Positions 28,973 through 37,422 of a DNA stretch of 64,000 bases are shown here, in pieces. A program made the position numbers and the translations under genes. Positions within the stretch are counted from its first letter, which is position 1. Each line of letters starts with the position of its first letter. The notes under the pieces are model-generated. The model saw only the letters and a list, made by a program, of their open reading frames with translations. It was not told the DNA's origin and made no database searches. The stretch comes from Bacillota bacterium (GTDB lineage: Bacteria > Bacillota > Sulfobacillia > JAUYEG01), in NCBI GenBank assembly GCA_030691505.1, contig JAUYEG010000070.1, positions 23,777 through 87,776 on the forward strand, given 5' to 3'.

Positions 28973-31222
28973 GTGCCCGTCAGCCGCAGGATCCTCACCA
29001 CCGCCCTGCACAATATGGGTTTGCCCGCCGATGCCCGGCTATCTCCGGACGGCAGGCAGGTGGCCTACGTCGTGACACGGGCCGACCTGCAAGCCAACAG
29101 CTACAGCTCCGCAATCTGGCTGGCAGCCGCCGACGGAGCCATGTGCCCGCGCCGGATTACCGGGGCGGGCGCTGCACGAGGTTCTGGACGGGATCACTCC
29201 CCGCGATGGGCGCCCGACAGCCGCCGCCTGGCCTTCATCTCCGACCGGTCCGCTCACCCCGGGATCTGGATTCTCGACCTGGCTTCGGGCGGCGAGGCGC
29301 AGCCGGTGGGCGCCGGCTGCCTTGAGGTGACGGACATGGCCTGGTCCCCGGACGGGGCCTACATTGCCTGCGTTGCGCGCGAACCAAAACCGGAGCCCGC
29401 AAAGCCCTCGGACTGGTCCGAGTCCGGCTGGCGTCCGGGGGAAAACCCCGACGTGACTGTGGTCACGAGGCTCCGTTACAAGTTCAACGGCCGCGGGATT
29501 CTCGATGAGCGGTATCAAAAGATTCACCTTGTGGAGATGACGACCGGCCGCACCCGGCAGATCACGTCCGGATCGTACGACGATGTCTCGCCCTGCTGGT
29601 CACCCGACTGCCGCTGGCTTCTGTTTTCCTCCTCCCGGCACCCCGAGCGTGAGCTGCGGCCACGCACCGACATATGGGGGGTCGAGGTCAGTTCGGTGAC
29701 CTCCTCTCCGGATTCTCCTACCGCGGCGCCGACGGCAGTAAGGCTATCTGCCACGCATACGGGCTCGCTCGGTTCTCCTACCGTCTCCCCCGATGGTCAT
29801 TGGCTGTTGTGCCTGGGGACAGCCGAGGAGACCGGCGGCGCCGCGAACACGCACCTGTGGCTCATCCCGCTGCGCCACGCGATCAATGCCGGTCGCACCG
29901 CCGCCGCCGGGACGACGGGCGAGGATCCCTGGACCCGCCCGGCAATGTCCGCCTGGCTCGACATCCTGGCCGGCCTTGACCGCAGCCTCGGCAATTCCAT
30001 CGGCGCCGACGTCCGTACGGATGCGGGGCTTGACAGGGCTCTCTGGTCGGGCGACGGCGCCTGGGTGTACTTCACCGCCACTGACGGCGGCTACTGCAGG
30101 CTGTACCGTGCGCGATTGCCGGAAGGTGTCCCGCTCGAGGGATACGTCCCGGTGATCGAGCAGTTGACCACCGATGAGCAGCCGGTCGTTGGCTCCGTGT
30201 CCTCGGCCCACCCCGAAGCAGGCAAGGAGCTGCTGGCGCTGTTCGCCGCCGGACCGACGTCGCCCGGGGACATCTACCTGGCTGAGCCGGCACAGGGCGC
30301 GGCGCCGCCACGCGCGCCGGCGCAGACGGAGCCGCTCACCCCGCTGGGCTGCCCTCTGAGGTTGCGTCCGCTCAACTTCCGGCGCCTTACCCGTCATAGC
30401 GCCTGGGCTGAGGAGGCCGACCTGTCGCGGCCGGAGCGCGTCATCTTCCCCAGCGTTGAGGACGGCCGCATCGAGGGCTGGCTGATGCAGCCGGCCGGTT
30501 TCGACGAGAGCGCCCGGTATCCTGCCGTCCTGGAGATTCACGGCGGCCCGCACGTGACCTACGGCCTGGCGTTCATGCACGAGTTCCAGGTGCTGTGCGC
30601 CCGGGGCTTCGCGGTGTTCTTCACCAACCCGCGCGGCAGCAAGGGATACGGGGAGGCTTTTGCCGCGCGCGTCGTGGGGGATTGGGCCGGCATCGACTAT
30701 CAAGACCTGATGGCCGCGGCGGACTGGCTTGAGAAGGTCCCCTGGGTCGACCCGCAGCGCGTCGGCGTGACGGGAGGGAGCCAGGGCGGATACCTGACCA
30801 ACTTCCTCATCGGCCACACGACCCGCTTCGCCGCAGCCGTGACCCAGCGGAGCATGTCCAACCTTTACAGCAAGTACGGCGTCAGCGACATCGGCTGGAC
30901 GGGCGACAGGTGGGGCATGGGCGGCAAAGACCTGTGGGACAGCGAGGACTTCATCATGGAACGGTCTCCGATCAGGTACGCTCCGCACGTGAGGACACCC
31001 GTGCTGATCATCCACTCCGAGCAGGATCTGAGGTGCCCCATGGAGCAGGGCGAACAATGGTACGTTGCCCTGAGGCGCCTTGGGGTGCAGACGGAATTCG
31101 TCCGTTTCGCGGGCGAAAACCACGAGCTGTCGCGCAGCGGCAAGCCCCGCAACCGCGTCGAGCGGCTCGAGCGAATCGCGGGCTGGTTCGAGCGGTTTCT
31201 CCCTCCTAGCGCTGCCACCTAG
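28973..31222 (+). CDS. S9 family serine peptidase (acylaminoacyl-peptidase/prolyl-oligopeptidase-like) with N-terminal beta-propeller
   Basis: Beta-propeller repeats (SPDG...WSPDG) plus C-terminal GGSQGG nucleophile elbow and D/H triad region; GTG start with GAGGAGG 8 nt upstream. The ORF-track N-extension overlaps the divergent gene. Confidence 0.85.
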   Translation: MPVSRRILTTALHNMGLPADARLSPDGRQVAYVVTRADLQANSYSSAIWLAAADGAMCPRRITGAGAARGSGRDHSPRWAPDSRRLAFISDRSAHPGIWILDLASGGEAQPVGAGCLEVTDMAWSPDGAYIACVAREPKPEPAKPSDWSESGWRPGENPDVTVVTRLRYKFNGRGILDERYQKIHLVEMTTGRTRQITSGSYDDVSPCWSPDCRWLLFSSSRHPERELRPRTDIWGVEVSSVTSSPDSPTAAPTAVRLSATHTGSLGSPTVSPDGHWLLCLGTAEETGGAANTHLWLIPLRHAINAGRTAAAGTTGEDPWTRPAMSAWLDILAGLDRSLGNSIGADVRTDAGLDRALWSGDGAWVYFTATDGGYCRLYRARLPEGVPLEGYVPVIEQLTTDEQPVVGSVSSAHPEAGKELLALFAAGPTSPGDIYLAEPAQGAAPPRAPAQTEPLTPLGCPLRLRPLNFRRLTRHSAWAEEADLSRPERVIFPSVEDGRIEGWLMQPAGFDESARYPAVLEIHGGPHVTYGLAFMHEFQVLCARGFAVFFTNPRGSKGYGEAFAARVVGDWAGIDYQDLMAAADWLEKVPWVDPQRVGVTGGSQGGYLTNFLIGHTTRFAAAVTQRSMSNLYSKYGVSDIGWTGDRWGMGGKDLWDSEDFIMERSPIRYAPHVRTPVLIIHSEQDLRCPMEQGEQWYVALRRLGVQTEFVRFAGENHELSRSGKPRNRVERLERIAGWFERFLPPSAAT

Positions 31223-31617
31223 GTCTTATCGCTCTTGGCAAACGCGAATTGCTGCTGTCCGCGCCTGTTGCGCCGCGGCTCCTCCCGCGCCCGGGGCTGC
31301 CAGTCCGGACAAGCCACGGTCACACCTAGCGGCTGAACGCAATCCCAGAGGCATCCGCGGCATAGGCCGCCTTCGGCTGCCTCCCGCCGCTTTCTCGCGT
31401 CTCGTCTGTCTTGGGTCACGGCGCCGGTCATCTTACGGCCTCCCCTCCTGCAGGTGCAGATGTGGACAGGGCCGTCGAGCCGCCAAGGGCTCAAACGGGT
31501 ACCTTCTTTACCCCATCAGGCCTCAGTTCCTCCAACCGGCGCCCGCGCAAATGAGGCTGGCTGCCTCAAGGGGTCGCTCGCCAGTGTAAACCCGATGTAA
31601 TGGCCATATACCACATC

Positions 31618-31929
31618 TCACACAACACGGTCTGTTCTTTGTGTCCTTATCAGGCCATAGGCCTTGGCGACCTCGTATTCGCCCATTGCGGCCAGGGCGA
31701 CTATGCCGCCGTTAAGCAAGTTGATGACCAGCACTGGAGCCGTCAAGTTGCCGCTGGCCAACGCCGCCGTGCTGAGAATCGCCCAGGCCAGGATCCAGGC
31801 ATAGATGCGCACCGGGATCACCGGCGGGATGAGGTCCTTGGTCAGGCTGACGACCAGGAAAACGGCCGACGACGCTCCGGCCAGCGTGGCCAGTACTTCC
31901 CATGAGAAAAAGCTCGCGGGTATGCTCAC
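31618..31929 (-). CDS. holin-like small membrane protein
   Basis: 103 aa, 2-3 TM, GTG start with GGAGGTGA 7 nt upstream; immediately downstream of the Amidase_2 gene. Confidence 0.5.
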   Translation of the reverse strand: MSIPASFFSWEVLATLAGASSAVFLVVSLTKDLIPPVIPVRIYAWILAWAILSTAALASGNLTAPVLVINLLNGGIVALAAMGEYEVAKAYGLIRTQRTDRVV

Positions 31930-31933
31930 CAGA

Positions 31934-32530
31934 TCACCTCCTTCCCGCCATTATGGCGGAAACCTCCGCCGCCCGGGTGGCGACGACGACATCCCTGCGG
32001 AATTGCTGCCACGCGTGGGCCGCGCCCGCCGTGAACCCCAGACGCTCCGCCCAACGATTGTCAATGAAGAACGCGGGGCAGATCTTGCCGGTGACGTCAA
32101 AGTGCCGGAGGAGGGTTGCCTGACCCCAGCCGTAGCGGGCCATGATCTCGCCGCACAGGCCCACGACGTTGCGGTAGGTCTCGGCGCCGTTGGAGCCCTG
32201 GTTGACGCACCACTCGATGCCGATGGCGTGATTGTTTGGGGATCGCCCAAACAGGGCTAAAGCATCCGGCTTAGTTGCCGTGCCGGCGTGGTAGGCAATC
32301 TCGTTTTCCGGCACGCACAGCACAACGCGGGTATCGTCGACCACGTAGTGGGCTGAGACCTTGTAGCCCCGGAATGTCTCGAACCAGTTGCGGTTGGCCA
32401 CCGCATTCGCCCCGGGGTTGAGGTTCGCGGTCCAGTGGACGACGATTCCTCGGGGGTCGGCCATCGGTTTGCCGGGGCGGCCCCAACCCGGGGTGAGCAG
32501 TTTGGGCAGCAGTTTAACCACGGGGTGCAT
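31934..32530 (-). CDS. N-acetylmuramoyl-L-alanine amidase, Amidase_2/PGRP (phage endolysin-type)
   Basis: IVVHWTAN...SAHYVVD...AYHAG...NNHAIGIE...ICPAFFI motifs of the T7-lysozyme/PGRP amidase fold. Confidence 0.85.
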   Translation of the reverse strand: MHPVVKLLPKLLTPGWGRPGKPMADPRGIVVHWTANLNPGANAVANRNWFETFRGYKVSAHYVVDDTRVVLCVPENEIAYHAGTATKPDALALFGRSPNNHAIGIEWCVNQGSNGAETYRNVVGLCGEIMARYGWGQATLLRHFDVTGKICPAFFIDNRWAERLGFTAGAAHAWQQFRRDVVVATRAAEVSAIMAGRR

Positions 32531-32930
32531 CCCCCATATCCTCCGGGGTCAGCTCCCCGATCGTCTCGACCGCACCGGGCCAGCGGGACGGATCGATCGG
32601 CAGCCGGGGGTCGAGCAGCAGCAGAGGACCGCGGCCAGTTCCGTCGTATGCCGGGAACGCGTCAGGGCCCAAGGGAATCTGACTGGGGTAGACGGTGTTG
32701 GGCGAGCCCTTGCCCAACCGGCCGAGCATCTGTCCCCCGAAGTACCCGCCCAGAATCGTGAGCGTGGGCCAGGTAACGACCTGCAGGAAGTCGATGTCGG
32801 TCGGCTCAAGCTTTCCCGCGATCATCCGCCACAGGGTTAGCGCGAGCAGAACCATATACGCCAGGCTGAACCCCAGTGCGAGGAAATCGGTGATGCTGAT
32901 CCCATCCGGGTCGTTCCAAAACCCCTGCAT
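32514..32930 (-). CDS. putative holin (2 TM)
   Basis: 138 aa with two hydrophobic helices and a charged C-terminus; overlaps the amidase start, as is typical for holin-endolysin pairs. Confidence 0.5.
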   Translation of the reverse strand: MQGFWNDPDGISITDFLALGFSLAYMVLLALTLWRMIAGKLEPTDIDFLQVVTWPTLTILGGYFGGQMLGRLGKGSPNTVYPSQIPLGPDAFPAYDGTGRGPLLLLDPRLPIDPSRWPGAVETIGELTPEDMGDAPRG

Positions 32931-32991
32931 TTCCAGCCTCCTAACCAGACACCAGCCTCCCCCGCCGGGCCAGCCGGTGACCGCGTGACAG

Positions 32992-33255
32992 TCACATGCC
33001 GCTGTGGGTTAGCAGGTAGACAATCAGCCCCGTGCAGATGGTCGACAGACCGCCGATCGCCCAGGGCACCCACTCGGGCATCCGCCAGTCCTGCCCGCGC
33101 ACGAGCCGGACCCGCTCGTCGATCCGCCGGTCCATCGCCTCCCCGCATACCTGCGTTTTGAGCTGCCTGAGCTCATCGGTCAAGCGGTCGACCCCTTGGG
33201 CGAGAAAATCCACGGTCGCGGCAAGGGTGGCAAGCTTGCCGGTGACATCATCCAC
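32992..33255 (-). CDS. XhlA-like hemolysin/lysis-associated membrane protein
   Basis: 87 aa: N-terminal coiled-coil (LTDELRQLKTQV) plus a single C-terminal TM, the same architecture as PBSX XhlA, which precedes the xhlB-xlyA lysis genes. Confidence 0.55.
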   Translation of the reverse strand: MDDVTGKLATLAATVDFLAQGVDRLTDELRQLKTQVCGEAMDRRIDERVRLVRGQDWRMPEWVPWAIGGLSTICTGLIVYLLTHSGM

Positions 33256-33397
33256 TCGGAACCCACCTCGTCAGAGGATATTAGCCGATAGCAGAATAGG
33301 CGAAGAAGGCGGGGGCAGAAACCAGGTACCGAGGATAGGATGATAGTTGGGCCTCTACACGTGGCTTGGGGGGCGAGGGAACGAAAACCGGCCCGAT

Positions 33398-34585
33398 CTA
33401 GATTGCGCCGGCCCGCGCAAGCTCCTCGATTTCGATTTCGCTGAGCCCGAGCCGCCCGCTGAGAACCTCGCGGGTATGCTGGCCGAGCAGCGGGGCTGGC
33501 TCCGGCTGGTCGCAAGGGGCCGCTGAGAGCCGGACCGGGCTGCCGGGCATGAAGATCCTGCCTGCCCGGGGATGGTCGGTGTACACGATCATATTTCGCG
33601 CAACCACCTGCGGGTCGTTTATCACCCGGTCGACGGTGTTGATCGGCCCGCAGGGTATGCCCTCAGCCTCAAGGACCTCGATCCACTCATCCAGCGTGCG
33701 TTGGTTGATGATGCCGCTCAGTACTGGCTCGAGTTCGGGCCAGTTGCAAACCCGGTCATCGTTGGTTGCGAAACGCCGGTCATTTGCGAGTTCCGGCCGC
33801 CCGACGAGCCGGCAAAACCTGCTCCATAGCCCATCGTTGCCGATGGCCAAGATCAGGTGACCGTCGCAAGTGGCGAATGAACTGAAGGGCGATATCGAGG
33901 GGTGGCGGTTGCCGAGCCGTCCCGGGACCTCCCCGGACACCGCATAGCGCGCGATGGCATTCTCCAGGATGGCCACCTGGGAATCGAGCATCGAGACGTC
34001 GATCTTTTGTCCTTCCCCGGTAAGATGGCGGGCCTGGAGCGCCGCGAGCACCCCGATGACCGTGAACAGCCCCGCCGTGATGTCCCCGATTGACGCCCCA
34101 ACCCGGGTCGGCGGCCCGTCGGGCTGGCCGGTTATGCTCATCACCCCGCCCATCGCCTGTGCCACAATGTCGTAGCAGGGCTTATCTGCATACGGGCCGG
34201 TATGGCCGAAACCCGACGTCGCGGCGTAAATAAGCCGCGGGTTGATCCCCCGGAGAACTTCACATCCAATCCCCAGCCGGTCCATGGTCGTTGCCCGGTA
34301 GTTCTCGAGGATGACGTCCACCCCGGCGGCAAGCCTCAGTACGATGTCCCTGCCCTTGGGGTGCTTCAGGTTGACCGTGACGCTCTTCTTGCGGCGGTTG
34401 AGGCTCATGAAGTACGCGCTCTCCCCGTTGATAAACGGCCCGAACGCGCGAGCGTCGTCGCCGGTGCCCGGCGCCTCGATCTTGATGACCTCGGCGCCCA
34501 GGTCCGCCAGCACCATGGAGCAGTACGGCCCAGCCAGCACACGGGTCAAATCGAGCACGACGACGCCGGAAAGGGACTTGGGCAC
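33398..34585 (-). CDS. family III CoA-transferase (CaiB/BaiF/Frc type)
   Basis: LSGVVVLDLTRVLAGPYCSMVLADLGAEVIKIE N-terminus is typical of the family. Confidence 0.85.
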   Translation of the reverse strand: MPKSLSGVVVLDLTRVLAGPYCSMVLADLGAEVIKIEAPGTGDDARAFGPFINGESAYFMSLNRRKKSVTVNLKHPKGRDIVLRLAAGVDVILENYRATTMDRLGIGCEVLRGINPRLIYAATSGFGHTGPYADKPCYDIVAQAMGGVMSITGQPDGPPTRVGASIGDITAGLFTVIGVLAALQARHLTGEGQKIDVSMLDSQVAILENAIARYAVSGEVPGRLGNRHPSISPFSSFATCDGHLILAIGNDGLWSRFCRLVGRPELANDRRFATNDDRVCNWPELEPVLSGIINQRTLDEWIEVLEAEGIPCGPINTVDRVINDPQVVARNMIVYTDHPRAGRIFMPGSPVRLSAAPCDQPEPAPLLGQHTREVLSGRLGLSEIEIEELARAGAI

Positions 34586-34612
34586 GGCTAATGACCTCCA
34601 TCGGTGTCTATG

Positions 34613-35479
34613 CTAGATTGGTGGCGCGAAGCTCTTGAGCCTTACCTTGACTTCGCGGAGCTGCTGTATGAGCCCCACGAGATCGTCGACCATCCGCCGG
34701 TGGTACGCGCTGCCCTTCTCGGCGCTGGCCGGCAGCGGATCGCCGCTCACACCGCTCGGCGTCGTGCGCGAACGGAAGTCCTCAATGGAGGCCGCCCCGA
34801 AGGCCCGGTCCCCCGGCACGTACGGATCGCCGACGAACCATCTGGCCTGCGGCGGCATGTTGCGTACCGCGCGCTCCATCCTCACGAGCTGAGGATGCAG
34901 GTGCATCATGTGGCCTGTCTCAAGTTCGTCGGCATGCCCTATGCCGCCCGGCGCCGAGCCGCGCTGCGCGATCGCGGTAGTGGCCCCGAAGTAGTAGGGG
35001 TCGACAATCACCACCGACTGCCCGGTCTCATTGACCAGCCTGGTCTGGGCTATCTTGAGGGGGGCCAGGTTTGCCTCGCGGTGCCCGTTGACGATGACCA
35101 GATGGCCGAAACCGCTGTATGCCAGGGACTTCCCCACATCGACGACTATGGCCGCAAGGTGCTCGGGCACGAGCGTGATGGTCCCGGGGTAGGCCAGATG
35201 ATGAGGTGACCACCCGTACCAGAGTGGCGGCGCGACGAGCGCCACGGCGGCCTGGGCCGCATCCTGCGCGAGACCGATGGCGGTCATGCTGTCCGTGCCG
35301 GTGGGAAGATGCTGCCCGTGCTGCTCGGTGCTGCCGACCGGCAGCAAGATGAGATCGTCACGGTCCAGGTAGTCGCGCACCTGGTCCCACGAAAGCTCCT
35401 GGAGCCAGACGCTCGGCGGCCGCCACCGGCCGTCGCCGGCTGCGCCAGCCGGACCCGGACGTGCCTCGGTGCGTTCCAT
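34613..35479 (-). CDS. creatininase-family amidohydrolase (paralog 2)
   Basis: LPVGSTEQHGQHLPTGTD and VIVNGHREAN motifs. Confidence 0.8.
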   Translation of the reverse strand: MERTEARPGPAGAAGDGRWRPPSVWLQELSWDQVRDYLDRDDLILLPVGSTEQHGQHLPTGTDSMTAIGLAQDAAQAAVALVAPPLWYGWSPHHLAYPGTITLVPEHLAAIVVDVGKSLAYSGFGHLVIVNGHREANLAPLKIAQTRLVNETGQSVVIVDPYYFGATTAIAQRGSAPGGIGHADELETGHMMHLHPQLVRMERAVRNMPPQARWFVGDPYVPGDRAFGAASIEDFRSRTTPSGVSGDPLPASAEKGSAYHRRMVDDLVGLIQQLREVKVRLKSFAPPI

Positions 35480-35515
35480 GAAAACGCTCCCTCCTCACGG
35501 TTGCCCTCCTGCGGG

Positions 35516-36046
35516 CTAGTACTCGATGCCCGCGCGGGCGGTGACCCCCTCGTGGAAGTGGTGCTTTATGTCGAGGATCTCACTGACCATGTCGGCCCGC
35601 TTGACGAGCTCGGGGTGCGCGCCGCGTCCCGTGACGACAACGTCGACCTCCGGCCGGCGCCGCTCAAGCGTCGCCAGCATCTCATCGGGGGAGACCAGCC
35701 CGTACTCCACGGCGACGTTAAGCTCGTCGAGGACTATCAGGTCCTGGTCGCCTTGAGCCAGAGCGCGGCCCGCCAGCCGCAGGCCCTCCTGCGCCAGCCG
35801 GAGATCCTCCGCGCCGGGATTGGACTGATCAACGAAACTCGGCTGCCCCTGCTGGACGATCTCGAATCCCGGCAAGAACTTGGCCGCCTTGATCTCTCCG
35901 TAGTTGGGATCGCCCTTCATAAACTGGATCATCAGCACCTTCTTGCCGTGGCCGACCGCCCGGAGCGCCAGACCCAGCGCTGCGGTGGTCTTCCCCTTTC
36001 CCTGCCCGGAGTAGACCATCAACAGCCCGCGTTGTCCCTTGTCCAT
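35516..36046 (-). CDS. cobA: cob(I)yrinic acid a,c-diamide / cob(I)alamin adenosyltransferase (CobA/CobO/BtuR type)
   Basis: GLLMVYSGQGKGKTTAALG P-loop and LVLDELN motif; ATG at 36046 with GGAGGGG 8 nt upstream. Confidence 0.85.
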   Translation of the reverse strand: MDKGQRGLLMVYSGQGKGKTTAALGLALRAVGHGKKVLMIQFMKGDPNYGEIKAAKFLPGFEIVQQGQPSFVDQSNPGAEDLRLAQEGLRLAGRALAQGDQDLIVLDELNVAVEYGLVSPDEMLATLERRRPEVDVVVTGRGAHPELVKRADMVSEILDIKHHFHEGVTARAGIEY

Positions 36047-36160
36047 CTCGAAATCCCCTCCATCGGCCCTGGTGGCCCGCCCTGCCGGCCTTCGCCCGAG
36101 CCGTTCCCTTCGGTAAGGGAGGCGCCTGTCCCTCCGGCGATGATTGTTTCCATTTGGAGC

Positions 36161-36204
36161 AAAACAAAGGCGGGCCGGCTCCATTCACTTGTCGCCGGCC
36201 CGCC
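36161..36204 (-). terminator. rho-independent terminator after the Cys-rich peptide gene
   Basis: On the minus strand: GGCGGGCCGGC-15 nt loop-GCCGGCCCGCC followed by TTTGTTTT. Confidence 0.6.
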
Positions 36205-36214
36205 TGATGACTGT

Positions 36215-36334
36215 CTAGCAGCAGCCCTTTTTCTCACCGTGGCAGGTCTTAACCTGTTCCGGCGTGCATTCCTCCACTTTCTTGCCCTTGTCGCAGCACT
36301 TCTTGTCATCCTTGTCAAAGCAGCCGCACTTCAT
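36215..36334 (-). CDS. 39-aa cysteine-rich, lysine-rich peptide (metallothionein-like); not in the ORF track
   Basis: Own translation: MKCGCFDKDDKKCCDKGKKVEECTPEQVKTCHGEKKGCC, with 9 Cys and 1 His. GGGAGGAGGG RBS 7 nt upstream; the start is 3 nt after the PadR stop; terminator 10 nt downstream. Confidence 0.55.
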   Translation of the reverse strand: MKCGCFDKDDKKCCDKGKKVEECTPEQVKTCHGEKKGCC

Positions 36335-36337
36335 TGA

Positions 36338-36727
36338 TCAGCCCTCCTCCCTCGCCAGGATCTCGCCGCACACCCTGAGGAACTCGCTGAGGTGGGAGCG
36401 CATGCCCTCCACGGCGGCCTGCCACGAGCGCAGGAAGTCGAGCCCCTCCGGAGTTACACGGTACACGCGGCGAGCTGCCCCGCTCCCCTCGGTGCGCCAC
36501 TCTGAGGCCAGGATCCCCTCACCCTCCAGCCGGCGCAGTATGCGGTACAGCGTGCCGGCGTCGAAGCCCTCCGCCTGCAGCCCAAACCTCGCGAGCCGGC
36601 TCAAGAGCTCGTAGCCGTGGGCGGGCTCATCGGCCAGCAGCAGGACCGAACACGCTTCCATGAAGCCTTTGAGCCTGCCCATCTCGCAGTTGCACGTGGT
36701 TCCGTGAGCGCAATGACGCTCCGTCAA
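36338..36727 (-). CDS. PadR-family transcriptional regulator with Cys/His-rich N-terminal extension
   Basis: Core PadR wHTH (LLLADEPAHGYELLSRL...GTLYRILRRLEGEGIL...RRVYRVTPEG) preceded by MTERHCAHGTTCNCEM; TTG start with a GAGGG RBS. Confidence 0.75.
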   Translation of the reverse strand: MTERHCAHGTTCNCEMGRLKGFMEACSVLLLADEPAHGYELLSRLARFGLQAEGFDAGTLYRILRRLEGEGILASEWRTEGSGAARRVYRVTPEGLDFLRSWQAAVEGMRSHLSEFLRVCGEILAREEG

Positions 36728-36748
36728 CTTCTCACGCCCTCACTACAG

Positions 36749-36764
36749 ATATGTGCCTCGCACA
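36749..36764. promoter_or_regulatory. candidate PadR operator (TGTGC-ctc-GCACA palindrome inside an ATATGTGC box; second ATATGTGC copy at 36898-36905)
   Basis: Palindrome ~25 nt upstream of the padR start, in the divergent intergenic region; the 8-nt box is repeated on the permease side. Confidence 0.3.
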
Positions 36765-36939
36765 CTTATTGGCTCCTACCCATCAAAGCACGATCCCGGC
36801 TGGTTGTCAACACCGGGAAACGACCCCAATGTGGGCCTGCGGCCCTTGCGCAGCAGGCGTCCGGTGCGGTATTGTCCTGTACATGGACGGCAAGCCTATA
36901 TGTGCAGCCGACCGATATATACTCAGGGGTGATACGCGC

Positions 36940-37422
36940 TTGACCACCGCTATCCTCTATCTCCTGGCCGCCGCGGCCACGGCGGCATCTTATTTCGCGG
37001 ACCGCGCGCGCACGGTCCAGGCGTTGCGCAAGGCCAAGGCGTCCCTGCTCAACATCCTGCCCGAGTTCTCCGTGGTTCTGGGCTTGGTGGGCATTATGCT
37101 CACGTTTCTTTCGCCGGCGTTGATCCAACGATACATCGGCGCCGGTTCCGGCGTGCCGGGACTCCTGGCGGCATCGGTCGTCGGGTCCATCACGTTGATC
37201 CCGGGGTTCGTGGCCTTTCCTCTGGCGGCGTCGCTGCTGGCCAGGGGTGCAGGCCCGACACACATCGCGCTCTTCGTTTCAACCCTGATGATGGTCGGCG
37301 TGCTCACTTTCCCGCTCGAGCGAAGGTACTTTGGACGGCGCGAGGCGATCCTGCGCAACGGGCTGGCCTATGTCTTCTCGTTCGTCGTAGCGTTGATCGT
37401 CGGGGCGGTGGTGGGACGGTGA
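36940..37422 (+). CDS. DUF318-family permease, half-size subunit A
   Basis: NILPEFSVVLGLVGIML and GPL..AFPLA.SLLARGA motifs of DUF318/ArsP-type permeases; TTG start with an AGGGGTGA RBS (alternative ATG at 36883); no Cys motif. Confidence 0.65.
   Translation: MTTAILYLLAAAATAASYFADRARTVQALRKAKASLLNILPEFSVVLGLVGIMLTFLSPALIQRYIGAGSGVPGLLAASVVGSITLIPGFVAFPLAASLLARGAGPTHIALFVSTLMMVGVLTFPLERRYFGRREAILRNGLAYVFSFVVALIVGAVVGR

Noticed and set aside
29744-31123. 459-aa minus-strand ORF
   Set aside because: Antisense to the S9 peptidase catalytic domain (GGSQGG nucleophile in the plus frame). Arg/Gly/Pro-rich shadow ORF
36047-36160. Cobalamin riboswitch upstream of cobA
   Set aside because: The region is too short (~115 nt) and lacks the B12-box (GCCACTG). 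It more likely holds only a promoter and RBS
35309-36337. 342-aa plus-strand ORF
   Set aside because: Antisense to cobA, creatininase paralog 2 and the Cys-rich peptide gene. It has no RBS or domain
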